NCBI RefSeq assembly: GCF_036588685.1
Contig: NC_086374.1
Location: 23,994,001-24,058,000, forward strand
DNA: 64,000 bases
Direction: 5' to 3'
From: Mytilus trossulus
Taxonomy: Eukaryota
Made by a program: the position numbers and the translations under genes. How positions within the stretch are numbered: position 1 is the stretch's first letter; each line of letters begins with the position of its first letter. The notes under the pieces were generated by a model, which was not told the DNA's origin, ran no database searches, and was given only the letters and a program-made list of their open reading frames with translations. Shown piece by piece: positions 26,043 through 40,000 of this stretch.

Positions 26043-27481
26043 AATTGTGTGGGCCGCATGTTTCTCGCGTATTATTGTCACCAAATATCCAGAAACGTGA
26101 AAACCATAGAGGTTCAAAGACCCAAACTGTCATTGGTTTAAAAAATCGTGCCCGCAAATGCAAATGTTTACCATTTAATGAGAAAAGTTTTAAAGAAATC
26201 GGATTCCTTATACTAGAATAGTTTGTCGGAAAACATTTAGCAAAAATGCTGCAAATAACTACATTTTGATAATCAAGGAACAAGTTGAAACTAGACCGGT
26301 AGCTTATCAGGACGTAGAGAGAGAAAAAAAAAAGAATCTATATGTCGTGTATAAGTTGTAATGTTGTACAAATGTTGTACAAATCAGGAAGTAAAAATAG
26401 AGAGAAAAAAAAAAGAATCTATATTGTAATGTTGTTCAAATGTTGTACACATTATAATTTGTACAGGGTTTTTGTAAGAGTTATCAGTGTTTTATGAACC
26501 CCTCAACATAAATGGATGATGCAAGCTCACAGTCTTTTGTTTCGTATTTTTCTGTCATATTTTCACAACTACATAACTTCAGTCTTATGTATACTGGACA
26601 TTGATATAAATAAGATTATAAGAACACAAAAATACTTTTTATGGATATGATTTTGGTATAAGGAGAAAAATAAAATTAGAATTTAAACAATATTTAGGTG
26701 TCCTTATTTCCAGTTTGAGGACAAGGAGAATAGCACTAAATGTTAGGTTGATGTATAGCCATTTGAATCTAAAAACATTAAACTGATACATTTTAGAAGA
26801 TTAACCTTCATTACCTGGCGCAAGAAGGAATGTATAAAAAAATATATAACTTATACAAAAACCCTGTACAATTTATAATTTGTACAAACTTACATCTTGT
26901 ACACAACATATATATGTAACATATGCATGAATAGACTTAAAGGAAGCCAGTGTAATGTGAATTTCCTGTTTGGCAACATTTGTCTTGTGTTAGAACAAAA
27001 CAACTTCCATAGGCTAGAATTGGATTTGTAACAATTACAAATGTTGAATCATGTGTCAATTCTAAATTCGTTTCAAACAACTTATAAGTTTGTCTGATTT
27101 ATGATGCAGTTTTACTATAGCATTATTTATTATAACATTAAAGGCTATTTTTACCATAGATTTTACAAAGATTCGAAAATAAACTTTTTACAAAGTTTTC
27201 TGAAAAGAAAATGTATATAAATATGTGTTTAACTTTTGATGCTTTTAATTAATATTATAAAGTTTTAAATGATTTATTTATGACCATCTTCCATACCTTA
27301 ATTATTATCCATAATATAGCCACTACCATCACGTTTTCAGTACATGGTCTTCACACCAGGTTGCCTAACGTACTCCATAATCTGTAGAAAGTGCATAAAC
27401 CAACACATTTGTATTTCACATCTACGGCATATGTTTCATACATTCACGATTTTCTGTATTCGACGCCGCTTAATTTGTATT

Positions 27482-27740
27482 AAACAAGAATGTGTCTCAA
27501 GTACACGGATGCCTCATCCTCACTATCATTTTCTATGTTCAGTGAACCGTAAAAAATGGGGATAACATCTCTAACTTGGCATAAAAATTAGAAAGATCAT
27601 ATCATAGGGAACATGTTTACTAAGTTTCAAATTGATTGGACTTCATTGAACTTCATCAAAAACTACCTCGACCCAGCCGGACGAACCGACGGACGAACGA
27701 AGGCACAGACCAGAAAACATAATGCCCATAAATTGGCAAA
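27482..27740. mobile_element. Short Helentron-type (HINE-like) element
   Basis: Begins AAACAAGAATGTGTC..AAGTACACGG; a GACG/GAAC microsatellite precedes CATAATGCCC. Confidence 0.5.
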
Positions 27741-27802
27741 AAAATCATCCTTCTCTTACTCGGATTCATCAAGGATTCACATATTGAGTTCAGGCATTAT
27801 CC

Positions 27803-28027
27803 AGCGCCAATATCATCGTATATATTAGAGCCAACATCATCGTATAGATTAGCGCCAACATCATCGTATAGATTAGAGCCAACATCATCGCATAGATTAA
27901 GCGCTAACATCATCGTATATATTAGAGCCAACATCGTCGTATAGATTAAGCACCAACATCATCGTACTATAGATTAGCGCCAACATCATCGTATTATAGA
28001 TCAGCGCCTACATCATCGTATAGATTA
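27803..28027. repeat. Tandem repeat, ~24-28-bp unit GCCAACATCATCGTATAGATTA(G), about 9 copies
   Basis: Directly visible. Confidence 0.9.
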
Positions 28028-29590
28028 TCTCGTTGATAACCTTCTACAGTCGGAAACCCGGTTGAAATAGAACAAAAGAATCGAAGCTCTGTGTTAGAGA
28101 AGGCGATAAATGTGTACTGTAATGTTTACTATAGTGACACTAAATTTAAAAGTTAGTAAAAACAAACAAAATTACAATTTTCTTCTCAATAACGAAGTGT
28201 TTTATTTCAAAAACACCATTTGCATAAGTTTTCAATTTATCTAGTGCATAGTTAAGCAGAACAATTAGATATCAGGTCGACAACATGGGTATCTTTCAAC
28301 ATGGATGTAGAAAATGCATATCCTCCGATTTCTTTTAAAAAATTACCACGGACGGAAAACATATCAATCTAATAGTTCAGTCATTTTCGTATCTGCCCTT
28401 CTATTATGTGACTCAAGAAAAAAATAAAAAAATGGGTAACATTAGTATCGAAAAGAGAAAATCGAGTGCACCTTTTTATGTAAGGGCGTGTTTGAGTTTA
28501 ATATTTTGTCTTGATATCGTACAAAGCAAGAATATTTCATACATCGTCTCGCTTCAGATTCTATCATTTGTATATATCAAAGCTACAGGTTGACTTCATT
28601 ACTTAAAAACAGTACGAAAAGATGAAATATATGGGTCAAGTGAAATACCTATCTAATGAATCACAAAAACAGAGCAGGTGTGTTCGAATAGCTATTTTTT
28701 TAATAACAGTACTTGACGACAGTCTTTCAAGTTGGATGATGAAAATGCATATCTCCGAAAAATTATATTTTTTTTGTGTGTGATAACTAGGGTTTATAGT
28801 ATTTAACTAAAAAAATCTAGTCTGCCTTTCCACGAAATATTTAATTAGAAATTTTTTAAATGTTTATGAATTTTCGAAAATTCACCTGACAACTGATCAG
28901 ACAAAAGTTTTAAGTTGAATCAATGCAGACAAGATCATTAACTGATGCTCATTAGCGAGTTTTTACATTTGTCTTTTGAAATGCAACTGACATATAAGGA
29001 TCGTACTGGTGCAAAATTCATAGGTTTCCAAGAGCAAAATTAGTAGCGCATCATCCCTACATGGCTTGCATTTCTACGATTGTGAAAATGAACTGGCGTA
29101 ATGGGAGATAATTTTGACGAAGTAGGATCCTGACTGTCTATATCAGTATATGGGCAAACATTTAGTATCTGCTCAATTGTAAAAATAAGAGTAGTCAGAT
29201 ATCTGCCTATTCCTTTTTTTTTGCGAAAATAGTTATTAACATCTTGTTACATAATTTTGTATAACATAATCTCCCAATGACACGCATCCTCATGAAATTA
29301 ATAACATAGGTACTTGGGTCATATTCTCATAGTCATGGATACCAGTAATGTAGTTGGTATAGTAGATATTATTTTTTCCAATCGATTAAACATTCGATCT
29401 ATGTAATAACTATACTAATCTTAGTTATATAATAAGTTGTATGATGATAGCTTATTAACATATACAATTATATACGAAATACATAATACATGTGTGCTGC
29501 ACGTGTATCTGTTCGTTCATATGAAAGCAAAGTTGGTCTCTGGTGGATATAGTTGTCGGCAATCTTACCACATCTCCTTATAGTATAAAG

Positions 29591-31428
29591 ATGATATTCT
29601 GGGATGGATCCGAGGTAAGAACTATATATGAATCTTAGACATCTCTATATTGATAATACTTTTTTTACTTGCGTTGGTTCTATTTCGACTTGCCCTTCCA
29701 AAAGTTTAACATTACATTCTTTACAAAGCAGTTATTTTTGATTTTTTTAAAGTTTAAAAACTCGGTCCTAATTTAAAAAATTTAACAATATAATATTTCA
29801 ATACGTATTAGGGTCATGGTTTACTTTTTTCTGATGAACAAAAATGTAATTGTAGCAAAAAATGACGAGGGAATTTAATTTTGCAAACCTGTGGCTTGTC
29901 AGTTTTTTTTAATGCGAATTGTACCAACTACAAATGTATATGAATAATACATTGAAAATGATACACTTTTATATTTCACATTGTTATATAGAATGAATTT
30001 GAAGAGGAGAGAGAAAGACTGCACGATGCATCAACAGAACATCAGTTGTTACTTTTAAACGCCATATCTCTGAAATCACCTATAACAGAAATAACAAGTT
30101 TAATTGAAGCAGGTGCGTGTGTTAACAAGGCTGCCACGAACGGTATTCGACCTTTACACCATGCCGTTGACAAAAACTATGTGGAATGTGTTAGTTTATT
30201 ATTATTGAAAGGAGCAGAGATTAATGTTACCGACGAAAATGGATTAACACCCTTACTGTTATCTGCTTGCCGTGGGTATTTCAAAGCAATGCAAGTACTG
30301 ATAGATAATGATGCGATAATAAATTACTGCGATTCAGATAGGAAAGATGTCCCAAATTATATTCGAGAAATGGGTTATTTAACGTATGACCCTCTTAATA
30401 TGACCATCGAAAACAACCATGTACAATGTGTTAAGCTTTTATTAGAAAATGGAGCGCTTTCAAATAAAAAATACTACATGGGATATGAAATTAATTTGGT
30501 TCCAATCAACCATGTTACATGTTTAGAGTTGTTATTAAAGCACGGAGCGAATCCAAATTTGTGCAGTCGTTATGGGATGACGCCTCTTGTGAAAGCATGC
30601 AAAGAAAACATGGTAAATGCAGTTTGTCTTCTTCTGGGATTTGGCGCTGATGTGAATTTACAATGTAGATCCTGTTACAAGTGGAACACTCCACTAAATA
30701 CTGCGATAGAATACAATGCTACTAATGTAGTGAACATATTATTGCAAAGTGGTGCACACGTGTCCAAAGAAACTGGTTGTAAATACAGCCCTCTTCACGA
30801 GGCAGTCCTTTTAGACAGTCCTGACATCTGTCGGCTGGTATTGTCTTTTGGTGCGCGAGTAAACGATATGTCAGATGATCATTTTTCTCCTTTGATGCTA
30901 GCCGTGAAAACTTCAAAATTGTTGAATCGTGTGGAGATTATAACAATTCTTCTTCAGAATGGATCAGATCCTAATTTATATCATTCCTCTTCATCTGTCT
31001 CTGTCATTGGGCTGTACTTGAAAAACAACAAGACTTCTTTAGATAAAGCAGTTATATGTTTGCTATTACAGTATGGAGCAAACCTCAATTTCACAACGCG
31101 TTTGCCATGTGGTAAATCTGATCCTTTCGGTATACTTCTGCATTTGTCGGATTGTTGCCAGCAAGAAATATTACATTTACTTCTTACTACCACACGAAAT
31201 ATTGACAGAGAAGCAATTAAAAAGTGTGCTAATTTAAATCAGCATCAACGAGAATATCTTATGTGTCTTACTGCTACTCCGCGACAACTAGTATGTCTGA
31301 CACGAGGCTTTATATCGTACAACTTTGGGAGAGATCTTGTAGATAAAGTGAATGACTTACCATTACCCAAAACCATAAAAAGATATCTTATGTTTAAGGA
31401 AACAGAACAAACGGGAGTAGATACATGA
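29591..31428 (+). CDS. Ankyrin repeat and SOCS box protein (ASB-like), paralog B, about 486 aa (exons 29591-29614 and 29992-31428)
   Basis: Collinear with paralog A along its length (GIRPLHHAV, GLTPLLLSA, GMTPLVKAC, YSPLHEAV, DPFGIL, LPLPKTIKRYL). The short exon MIFWDGSE (donor gtaaga) joins in frame at acceptor 29990-29991. Confidence 0.88.
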
Positions 31429-32639
31429 CTTTTCCCTTATACTTTGACATTAACAGTGCACATTCATTTTTGAATTGTGATATTTTTTGTTTTGATTTCA
31501 AAGACAGTGTGTGTATTGGGGGTCTATTTGATAGAAAACTATCAGATATCACACTTCTTTGGGTACTAAACAATCCTAGTAATTCTACCAACACTGAACA
31601 TGATATACATTTTTGTTTGTAGCAGACTAAACACACTTTTCAAAAATATTTCTATAATACATACGATAAATAAAATTATTTCGATATCTTCAAAAAATGC
31701 ACTTGATCCCAACTCCATCACACAAAAAAACACCTACTAGTATATAAATATAAGAAACAATACAAACAAAAATACGAAAAAATGACACAATACATTAAAC
31801 AAATTAGAAACATAAAAACACTGATTGTTCATGACAGGTTTGGTGGTACAAGCAAAAGATCAACGAACCTTCGGATAGATGATGTAAAATGAACCAAATA
31901 TACGCTTATGAACAAAAAGTTGACAATATCCAAGGGAGTAGATCAGATTAACAAATTAGTATTGCACAATAGTTATCACCAAATATCTTGCTAGTGTCCG
32001 TCTAGAATAATCAAGTGTTGCCACAGATATATGTATCATCTGTTATGTTTACATGCAATTTTAATGTAGCTTTTTAAATTTAGTTGTTGAAATTGAAATA
32101 AAAATATTTATCATTTATTGTGCAATTAGTTAATGATACATGACGGATGTTGCAGCGCCAGACAAAGGGGCAACAGTCTTAATAGCTGTGTGTAAATATT
32201 TATTATGCCACGTGGTAAGATTTTATCATTTTTGGTCCACTACATCTTTAATAAAAGTATGAACAATTTTTCATTGTAGAACTGTATTTATTTTTCATAA
32301 TAAAAGCCCAAATATGGGTTAAAATTGATGAAAAATAAGATAATCCTTTAAAATGGATACTTTCAAATGGCCGTAGCATTTAAAAAGTGCTCACTCATAT
32401 GATTTTTTCTTCATTAATTATTTATTTACAGTCCCCCTATTATATATAAACTCGAAATTCAAATAATAACAAAAAAAAGTAAAATAACAAAATACCGCAC
32501 CCCTAGGAAAATCCAAAACTTGTGCAGTCGATGAACCATCTTACATGGGACTGTGCGTTTAGTCGTTAGTTGTCCCTCTTTTTAAAAAAAAACATACCTT
32601 ATCACAAACACCCAAAGGGTGACTGGGGAATAGAAATAT

Positions 32640-33040
32640 GGTCACTTGGTCTTCTCCCGACCGGCAGTAAAACGCTTGCGGAAGTGGGGTGTCCGTTTGG
32701 CTGTGCGGGATGTATTAAGTTCGCAGTCACGTCCGGTCAGAATGGGGACGTTAAATCCGATGTCTCGTGCAAAAAGAGTGCCACGATCTTTGCACGTTAA
32801 AAACCCTTGCAACAACTCTTTGAGGGCCCGTAGGTGACCTGTTGTAAGGCAACATTTCTGTCCCTATCCAATATACCCTCATTTGCCAGTGGCAGTCGAA
32901 ATTCCCCCAACTATCATCCCTTATGGTCTCTATTATGACAAGACCTACATATTGTATTTATTGTGAACTTGTTCTCGTCCTGAATATGCATGACATATTT
33001 ACCACTGGACGTTAAGCAACCAACAATCAATCAATCAACA
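32640..33040 (+). mobile_element. SINE-like element with a conserved core (GGGGACGTTAAA...GCACGTTAAAAACCC) and (CAAT)n tail
   Basis: GC-rich island ending GGACGTTAAGCAACCAACAATCAATCAATC, resembling mollusc core-domain SINEs. Family assignment is from recognition only. Confidence 0.6.
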
Positions 33041-34899
33041 AATTAGAAAACAAATTTTGCCGCCGCTAACGCAACCGACACAGCACGCCTCTTCGTAGAG
33101 GCGAGACAAAAAATAACTATACTAACATTTGTTCGCCCTCTTATAAAAATTCGGGTTGGTCTATACAACATGACTTGATATAATCCCTCAAGTATAAAAA
33201 ATAAAACAAAAACTTCAAGGCAAATTCAAAAAGGAGAGGTCCAATTAAAGCTGAAACCAAACGCTATCAATCAACGGAACAAAGTTAAAAACATCTGCTT
33301 TATAAGTTTATCAAATATGTCTGAAGAACAATTAAGAGTTTCGAAAGATGTCTCAAACCTTCATTTTGACATGTTGACAGTAGGCAATGGACAACGACTG
33401 CTACTTCATATACCATAAAACGTATAGTTTTTATACTACATTGAAAAAATATCGTATCTTTAATAAAATAAAAAGAATTTAATTTATTTACATAGAAAAA
33501 CGTAGCAGCACAGTTTTATCAAGGACGTAAACTTTTGTTTTTACTTCGAAATTGAGCATATTTAGGCTTGATTTTCGTTTATATTTATATGATAGGTTAA
33601 CAGTTCAAATATATCCATAAAGACATTTTACCGTGTTGCTCATTTATAACAGGTCCATTTGACTATTTTAACATTAAAGTTTTGTTATTGCACAAATAAA
33701 ACATCTTTTACCTAATGGAGTGTTTGCAAATTTACAATTTCAAATAAGAAAATATCGCGACTCCACACGAGAAGCGGTTTCTCGATTCGCACTTTCCATA
33801 TACTGATTATTGGACTTTCCCCCCGTTTATCTTAGCTTCGCAACTTTCGGGAATTCTTGGTACTGCACCCATCCCATTTGAGCAGTTTATTTTTCTTCCT
33901 ATTTTGGGGGGTTATTTTTATATCTATTGTTTGTTTTTATGGAAACTATTTTCACGCAAAATTTGATCAAATGCACCCGACCCTCCAGTGACCTTTGGGA
34001 ATATCACGTGCTATAATTTGTCAAACCCACCTTTCTTGTGTTTCAAATGCATTGACCTTGTTGTACAAACAGTTTTCCAGGTATAATAGATATGTTTATA
34101 AGATAAATCCGGGACAAAATTAATGTACATCATTGTTATCACGTAAAAGGCTATAATTAGTGATTTATTTACAAACTTCCCTTTATACATACCTTTGTAG
34201 ATGTTATGGTTGTTTGGTTATTTAACTTAAGATTGATAACCTTATTTGACATATCGTTTTAATATAGGACGCAGGTTTTAAAATCAATTTTCTAAGTATT
34301 GTGTTAAAATTCTGTCTTCATATGGAAACCATGAAATGATGAATATGACGACACACAAAGGTTGGTATTATACTTATTAATAATAATAGCTAGGTTTTTA
34401 CTAATTTCTGTTTATAACAATTATTCTTCTGTTTTGTAGAACGTACTACATGTATTAATTTAATAAGCGTATTTATGTTACGTATTGAGTAATAACTGTT
34501 TATAACAATTATTCTACTGTTATGTATAACGTACTACATGTATTAATTTAATAGCATATTTATGCTGCGTATGTTTCTGCACAATTCGCAAGGGAAACTA
34601 CAAGTCATAGTTTTGTTAGAAGGAATCAACATATACTATATTACCATCTTACGTATATAGATATAAGAAGATGTGGTATGAATGCCAATGAGACATCTCT
34701 CCATCCAAGTTACAATTTGTAAAATTAAACCATTATATGTTGCCATACGGTCTTCAACACGGAGCATTGGCTTACACCGAACAGCAAGCTATTAATGTAT
34801 ACATATATAATATATAAAAAGTCTAAATTATATGTATTGATAAATTAAAAAGTAAAATAATTAAACAATGTATATGTTATTTTACTATCTATTTTATGA

Positions 34900-35464
34900 A
34901 TATATATATATATATATAACTCGTCTAAACATCAACCCAACAATGTAAGATCTGTAAATTTGCTTTCGCAAATTTTTGGTTCTTCCCTCGCCGGGATTCG
35001 AACCCATGCTACTGTGATATCGTGACACCAAATCGCCTGCACTGCAGCCGTCCCGCTAGACCACACGACCACCTGGGCTCTACAATAATAGAGCTTTCGC
35101 TGGCCATGTGTTACCTTTCCTCGTCAGTTTTAATCTAGCGACGTACTACAGTACATGATATATAAGGCATGAAGATGTTTATATCATGTACGCCGCTAGA
35201 TTAAAACTGACGAGAAAAGGTACAGGCGATTTTGGTGTCACGATATCACAGTAGCATGGGTTCGAATCCCGGCGAGGGAAGAACCAAAAATTTGCGAAAG
35301 CAAATTTACAGATCTTACATTGTTGGGTTGATGTTAAGACGAGTTGTATATACATTATGTACACAGCCATGTATCACCATCATTAATGGCGATCCGATGG
35401 ATATATCTGTTGTAGAGTTGTCACTGACTCAGACGTACTTATATATATATATATATATATATAT
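34900..35464. mobile_element. (TA)n-flanked fold-back element with a tRNA-like segment and a hammerhead-like core
   Basis: Arm 34915-35040 is the reverse complement of 35223-35350, and arm 35112-35162 mirrors 35180-35222. The minus strand of about 35078-34985 has an A-box-like TGGTCTAGCGG and B-box GGTTCGAATCC. (TA)n runs lie at 34899-34917 and 35440-35464. Confidence 0.75.
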
Positions 35465-35659
35465 GCACATGCATTTTTTACGCCTATATATATTAAGCAT
35501 GTCAGTTATACCATTCAATCTTGTATCATCGCCTGAGGTCAGCTTCATTTTAGACATACTGCTATTCTTCTATGAGATTATAGCTTGTGGCAGGGAAAGT
35601 AGTCTGGAATGTATACATGAGAACCGTCTTGACAAGACATATATAGTTTCCCATTAAAT

Positions 35660-36385
35660 TGCAGATTTGTTTTAACTTTGCTGCAACTCATATAAAGTCT
35701 CCTTCTGTAATAAAAAAGTGAAATATTTATGATAAGTCTACTATGATATACTCACTGGAACAGTAACGAGATGATAAAAGTTGTCCCTTTTTTCTTTGAC
35801 AACACCTATGTACGTTTCGGCAATATAGTTTAAATAGTTAACAGTGATGAATCAGTCAAGAATTTCAATAACGGCCGGGAAACAGACTTCCAGTATACTT
35901 GCTTTCTGTAGGCCAAAAAGCCTAAAAGACTTGCTGATGAGAGCTGATTTATCCTATTAATCAGGCTTTTTGTCTGTGAGCTCTTGCAGGGGATACGGAA
36001 ACAAACGTTTTCTGACTTGCTTGCAAATACTGAATACCCTGACTTTAAACAGTCACTTCTGACACTAGTACGGACTAGACCATATTTTGCAATGTTAAAC
36101 GCAAGACTTCAAATGATACATGTATCGGCTTCAGTGTAAATGTGGTTATAGTTTGTTGACGAGTCAGAACAGTCATTTCACAAACGTATGAATAGCCATC
36201 ATAGCGTCTTCGAATGCAAGCAAGATTTTCTCCTTAGTCGACATTTGATATTTACACAAAGGCGGATTGCAATCGACTGACCATCACAACTGTTTGGTGT
36301 AGGTAGGATAGAATCGCCCAGGAAAGATTTTGGATAGGAAATATGAATTTTTTAGCACCAAATGCAATCAATAGAGAAGTGTAGA
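35660..36385 (+). mobile_element. Decayed Penelope-like element: short RT fragment plus linker and GIY-YIG endonuclease relic
   Basis: Frameshifted translations give YTHWNSNEMIKVV..FDNTYVRFGN, ILAFCRPKSLKDLLMRADL, YRLQCKCG, FVDESEQSFHKRMNSH..LLSRHL and ERFWIGNMNFLAPNAINREV*. These match PLE consensus motifs such as RRPKNLRDILV, YVGET..LxxRMNGH and ExFWI..L.P.GIN. Confidence 0.75.
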
Positions 36386-37090
36386 TCTAATTTGCGGAGT
36401 GTTTTTCATTTGGATTATATTACATACTATTAAAGCTATTACTACACAGTATCTGCTGCTATTGCATTACCTTTGTCTTATCTAAAATTCTAGATTTATA
36501 AAAAGTTTAAATCCCAGTGTGCTATGCATTTGAGATGTATAAGTACACAGCAACATTCAATTACAATTTACTTCATCTTTCTTTTCTTTTTTTTTCTAAT
36601 TTTTATCAAACTGCTATCTATTTGGGATGTGTAAAATATGCAGCCTTTGTTGTATTAGCTTTACCGTCGTCTTATTTAGAATAGTATACCAGTTCAAATC
36701 GGACAATGTTGTTCATTTGTTGACTTTCGTCACCTTTAGAATTTTAGAATTGTACCAATTCATATCGCACATTACTATTTTGTTAAAAGCATATATATGC
36801 CGTCAGTTGTAATTACCTAGTAACCTATGTCATTTTTGATTTATTATAATTGTACCAGTGTTGTTGTGTTCGGTTTTAATTGTATAAATTTAAAGATTGT
36901 TATAGTCAAATCAGAATAGATTGATTTGATTCATTCAACATCAGAAGGATCTGATATCTGTTATCCGATCATTTTTAGATAATTACTTTTAGACCAAAGT
37001 GTCGATTCTCTCAGCATAATAGTATTATTTTTTTCCGTAATCAAAATTATCATATTTTTATATGCTAACAATACCTTTTATTTCAGCTAA

Positions 37091-40000
37091 ATGGCAATCG
37101 TACTCCTGGTATTACTAATAAGTTATGCAGTACCGAATGTGAGTTCATATATATGTAGACATTCTCTGGCGCCAAACTTACTCTGCGTGTTGTCATAGAA
37201 TCATTGTCTTTTTGTTTTCCTTTTACTACACAGTCACTTGCCCTTCCTAAATTTCAAGGCAAGGACTCATACAAAACCAGCTAATCTGCGGGAATAACAG
37301 TATTTTCCATAGATTCCAAAACAAAGAAATGTTCAATAAATATATAATTAGAAAATAAAAAATATAAGAATGAGACAAACACACAAAGTAAATCATTACA
37401 ATTGGTTATAGACCCTTGTGAACGGTTCTACTATTAGCACAAAACACCTGAATGAGAGCAAATAGGTTATATAGACAAGTATTATAACCATCCATATTTG
37501 AATGAATATGTCTACTGAAAATTCATAGCATTATAGTAAGACATATAATAGTAATTGCATCAGTGAATGAAATAAAAATTGTTTCAGAATTTTTTTTTAT
37601 AGTTTTCTATTCTAGACTGAGATATAAATTCTACGCTTTATGATTTGAGTATAAAGTGCGTTAAATTGCTGTAGCTTACGAAATTTAACAATTACGAGAC
37701 CTACCAAAACAAAGAGATCCAAGAAATATTCCGAGATCAATCTTGCACATGCACTGTCAGAACTGCATTGAGATCATACTCCGGCAAAAGTTGTAATATA
37801 TCAAAGGTCATAACATATCAAAGGTCATTACATATCAAAGGTCATAACATCATACCAAAGGTCAAAATCAATTAAAAGGAGACAGACAATAACAAGGGGG
37901 CTAAAACAATAATTTTAATTAAAGCAAACAGTTCCAACGGCTAAAAAGAATAGGGGCTGAATTTTGGGGGATTTTGCTGTCATTTGTAACACATATATTC
38001 CATGAAAAGGAGAAACAAATCATTATGGCGTCCGTTAAACTTTAGATGATATAACTTTATCGCTACCATTTTAAACCATTGCTTCAATAATCTCATTGAA
38101 GTCAGTAACCTGCTATAAAAAAATTCTGATAGGAATCGCAAGTCATGAATTATCGAATTACCCGATATATACTCTATATGCAGATACAGCTTGAATGTTT
38201 TTATAAATTGAAAGTTGAATTTCTTGAAATTTCATATTTGATGTGAACTTCTTTTGTAATTTGATTGTCAACTATGAAACGAAACCGCCATAAGGACAGA
38301 AAAGAGGAGCAGTTGTTTCCCATAGGAATGCGGCAGATTATATGTTGAAAACGTTACAAATAGTTTATTTAATATCATTTATGTGTTCAACATATCTCTC
38401 TAATATGTTTTCTTTTTTGCTTGCAGATTTTATGCAATAGTATACCTGATATGGTACTAAACGGTAAGATATTTTTTTAACTACGTATTTGAGATTAACA
38501 CGATGCTATTTTTGAATAGACAACATCCGATTTTGACTAAATCTAAAAGTTTCACTTTAATTGACGAAGATTAACACTGTCCAGTACTACTCAATTTCTC
38601 AAAGGGATAACAAGTTATAAATCATTTACATCAGTTCAATTTATACGAACGATATATATCAGAACGATAGAAAAATAAGTTTTATAAAAACATTACATGA
38701 ACGTGAATTTCAAAACGCCTTGGTATTTCTATCAGTGGCGGGAGAAGTACGGTATTAAATAGTTTAATAACACATATTATAACCACAACAAACATACAGG
38801 AACTACAATGATTACTAGTATTAAATTCGATCATTAATGAGAAAAAACTATCATACCCATGAAATATACTAGTAACGTAAATCTGCCAAGACCTAGTCCA
38901 CACGTACAATTTGTATTGTTAGACTTGAGTAAGCATATAGAAAACTAACATTATCTTCACAATGAGACACACAGTTCGGCCACACTTGAAAGTATTTTGG
39001 TTTTCCCAAACCCTACCAAATGTAAAGACTGCGTATGTAGGTATTGGTAGGCTATTTTTTTTTTTTATTTTGAAAAAGAGAAATGGAAGTGTCGGATGTT
39101 TTTTTTTGTCGTGCAAATTTGATTAAAACAAAACTTTTTCTAATCGAGGCAATAACAGATTTTGAGTAGGCAGCTATAGGTAGAAAGGGTTAGAACAAAC
39201 ACAAATAATATTTATTATGGCCTTGTATATCTTTCCCCCTCTAGTCTATACTACATGCGCACCAGATGTAAACGGAACAGCACACATATCAGTGGTGTCA
39301 GATAAAGCTGTCGACGTTTTGATAGACTGTAGAAATCATGAGGTGTACAATGTGAATCAAACTGGACCACCAGAATATTACAATACAACAGTGCAGTACC
39401 CTGAAAACGTTACTGAACCAGGTTGTGTATTTACAGTGAGTATGTACATGCACCCATAAAATATGTTTTTGTAGACTGTTGGTCGTCTTTTGATCAGCTT
39501 ATGGTTTTGTCATAGCATTGTCAATCAGTTTTTGTAGACTGTTGGTCGTCTTTTGATCAGCTTATAGTTTTGTCATAGCATTGTCAATCAGATGGTTTTG
39601 TCATAGCATTGTCAATCAGTTTTTGTAGACTGTTGGTCGTCTTCTGATCATCTTATGGTTTTGTCATAGCATTGTCAATCAGTTTTTGTAGACTGTTGGT
39701 CGTCTTTTGATCGTCTTATGGTTTTGTCATAGCATTGCCAATCAGTTTTTTTAGACTGTTGGTCGTCTTTTGATCGTCTTATGGTTTTGTCATAGCATTG
39801 TCAATCAGTTTTTGTAGACTGTTGGTCGTCTTTTGATCAGCTTATAGTTTTGTCATAGCATTGTCAATCAGATGGTTTTGTCATAGCATTGTCAATCAGT
39901 TTTTGTAGACTGTTGGTCGTCTTCTGATCATCTTATGGTTTTGTCATAGCATTGTCAATCAGTTTGTGTAGACTGTTGGTCGTCTTTTGATCGTCTTATG

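Noticed and set aside
34985-35078. Functional tRNA gene
   Set aside because: A- and B-box-like motifs are present, but I cannot fold a convincing acceptor stem or anticodon arm, and the sequence sits in a repeat; treated as tRNA-derived.
35930-35990. CTGATGAGAGC hairpin as a hammerhead
   Set aside because: There is no GAAA core, and the sequence is explained as PLE coding relic (DLLMRADL).
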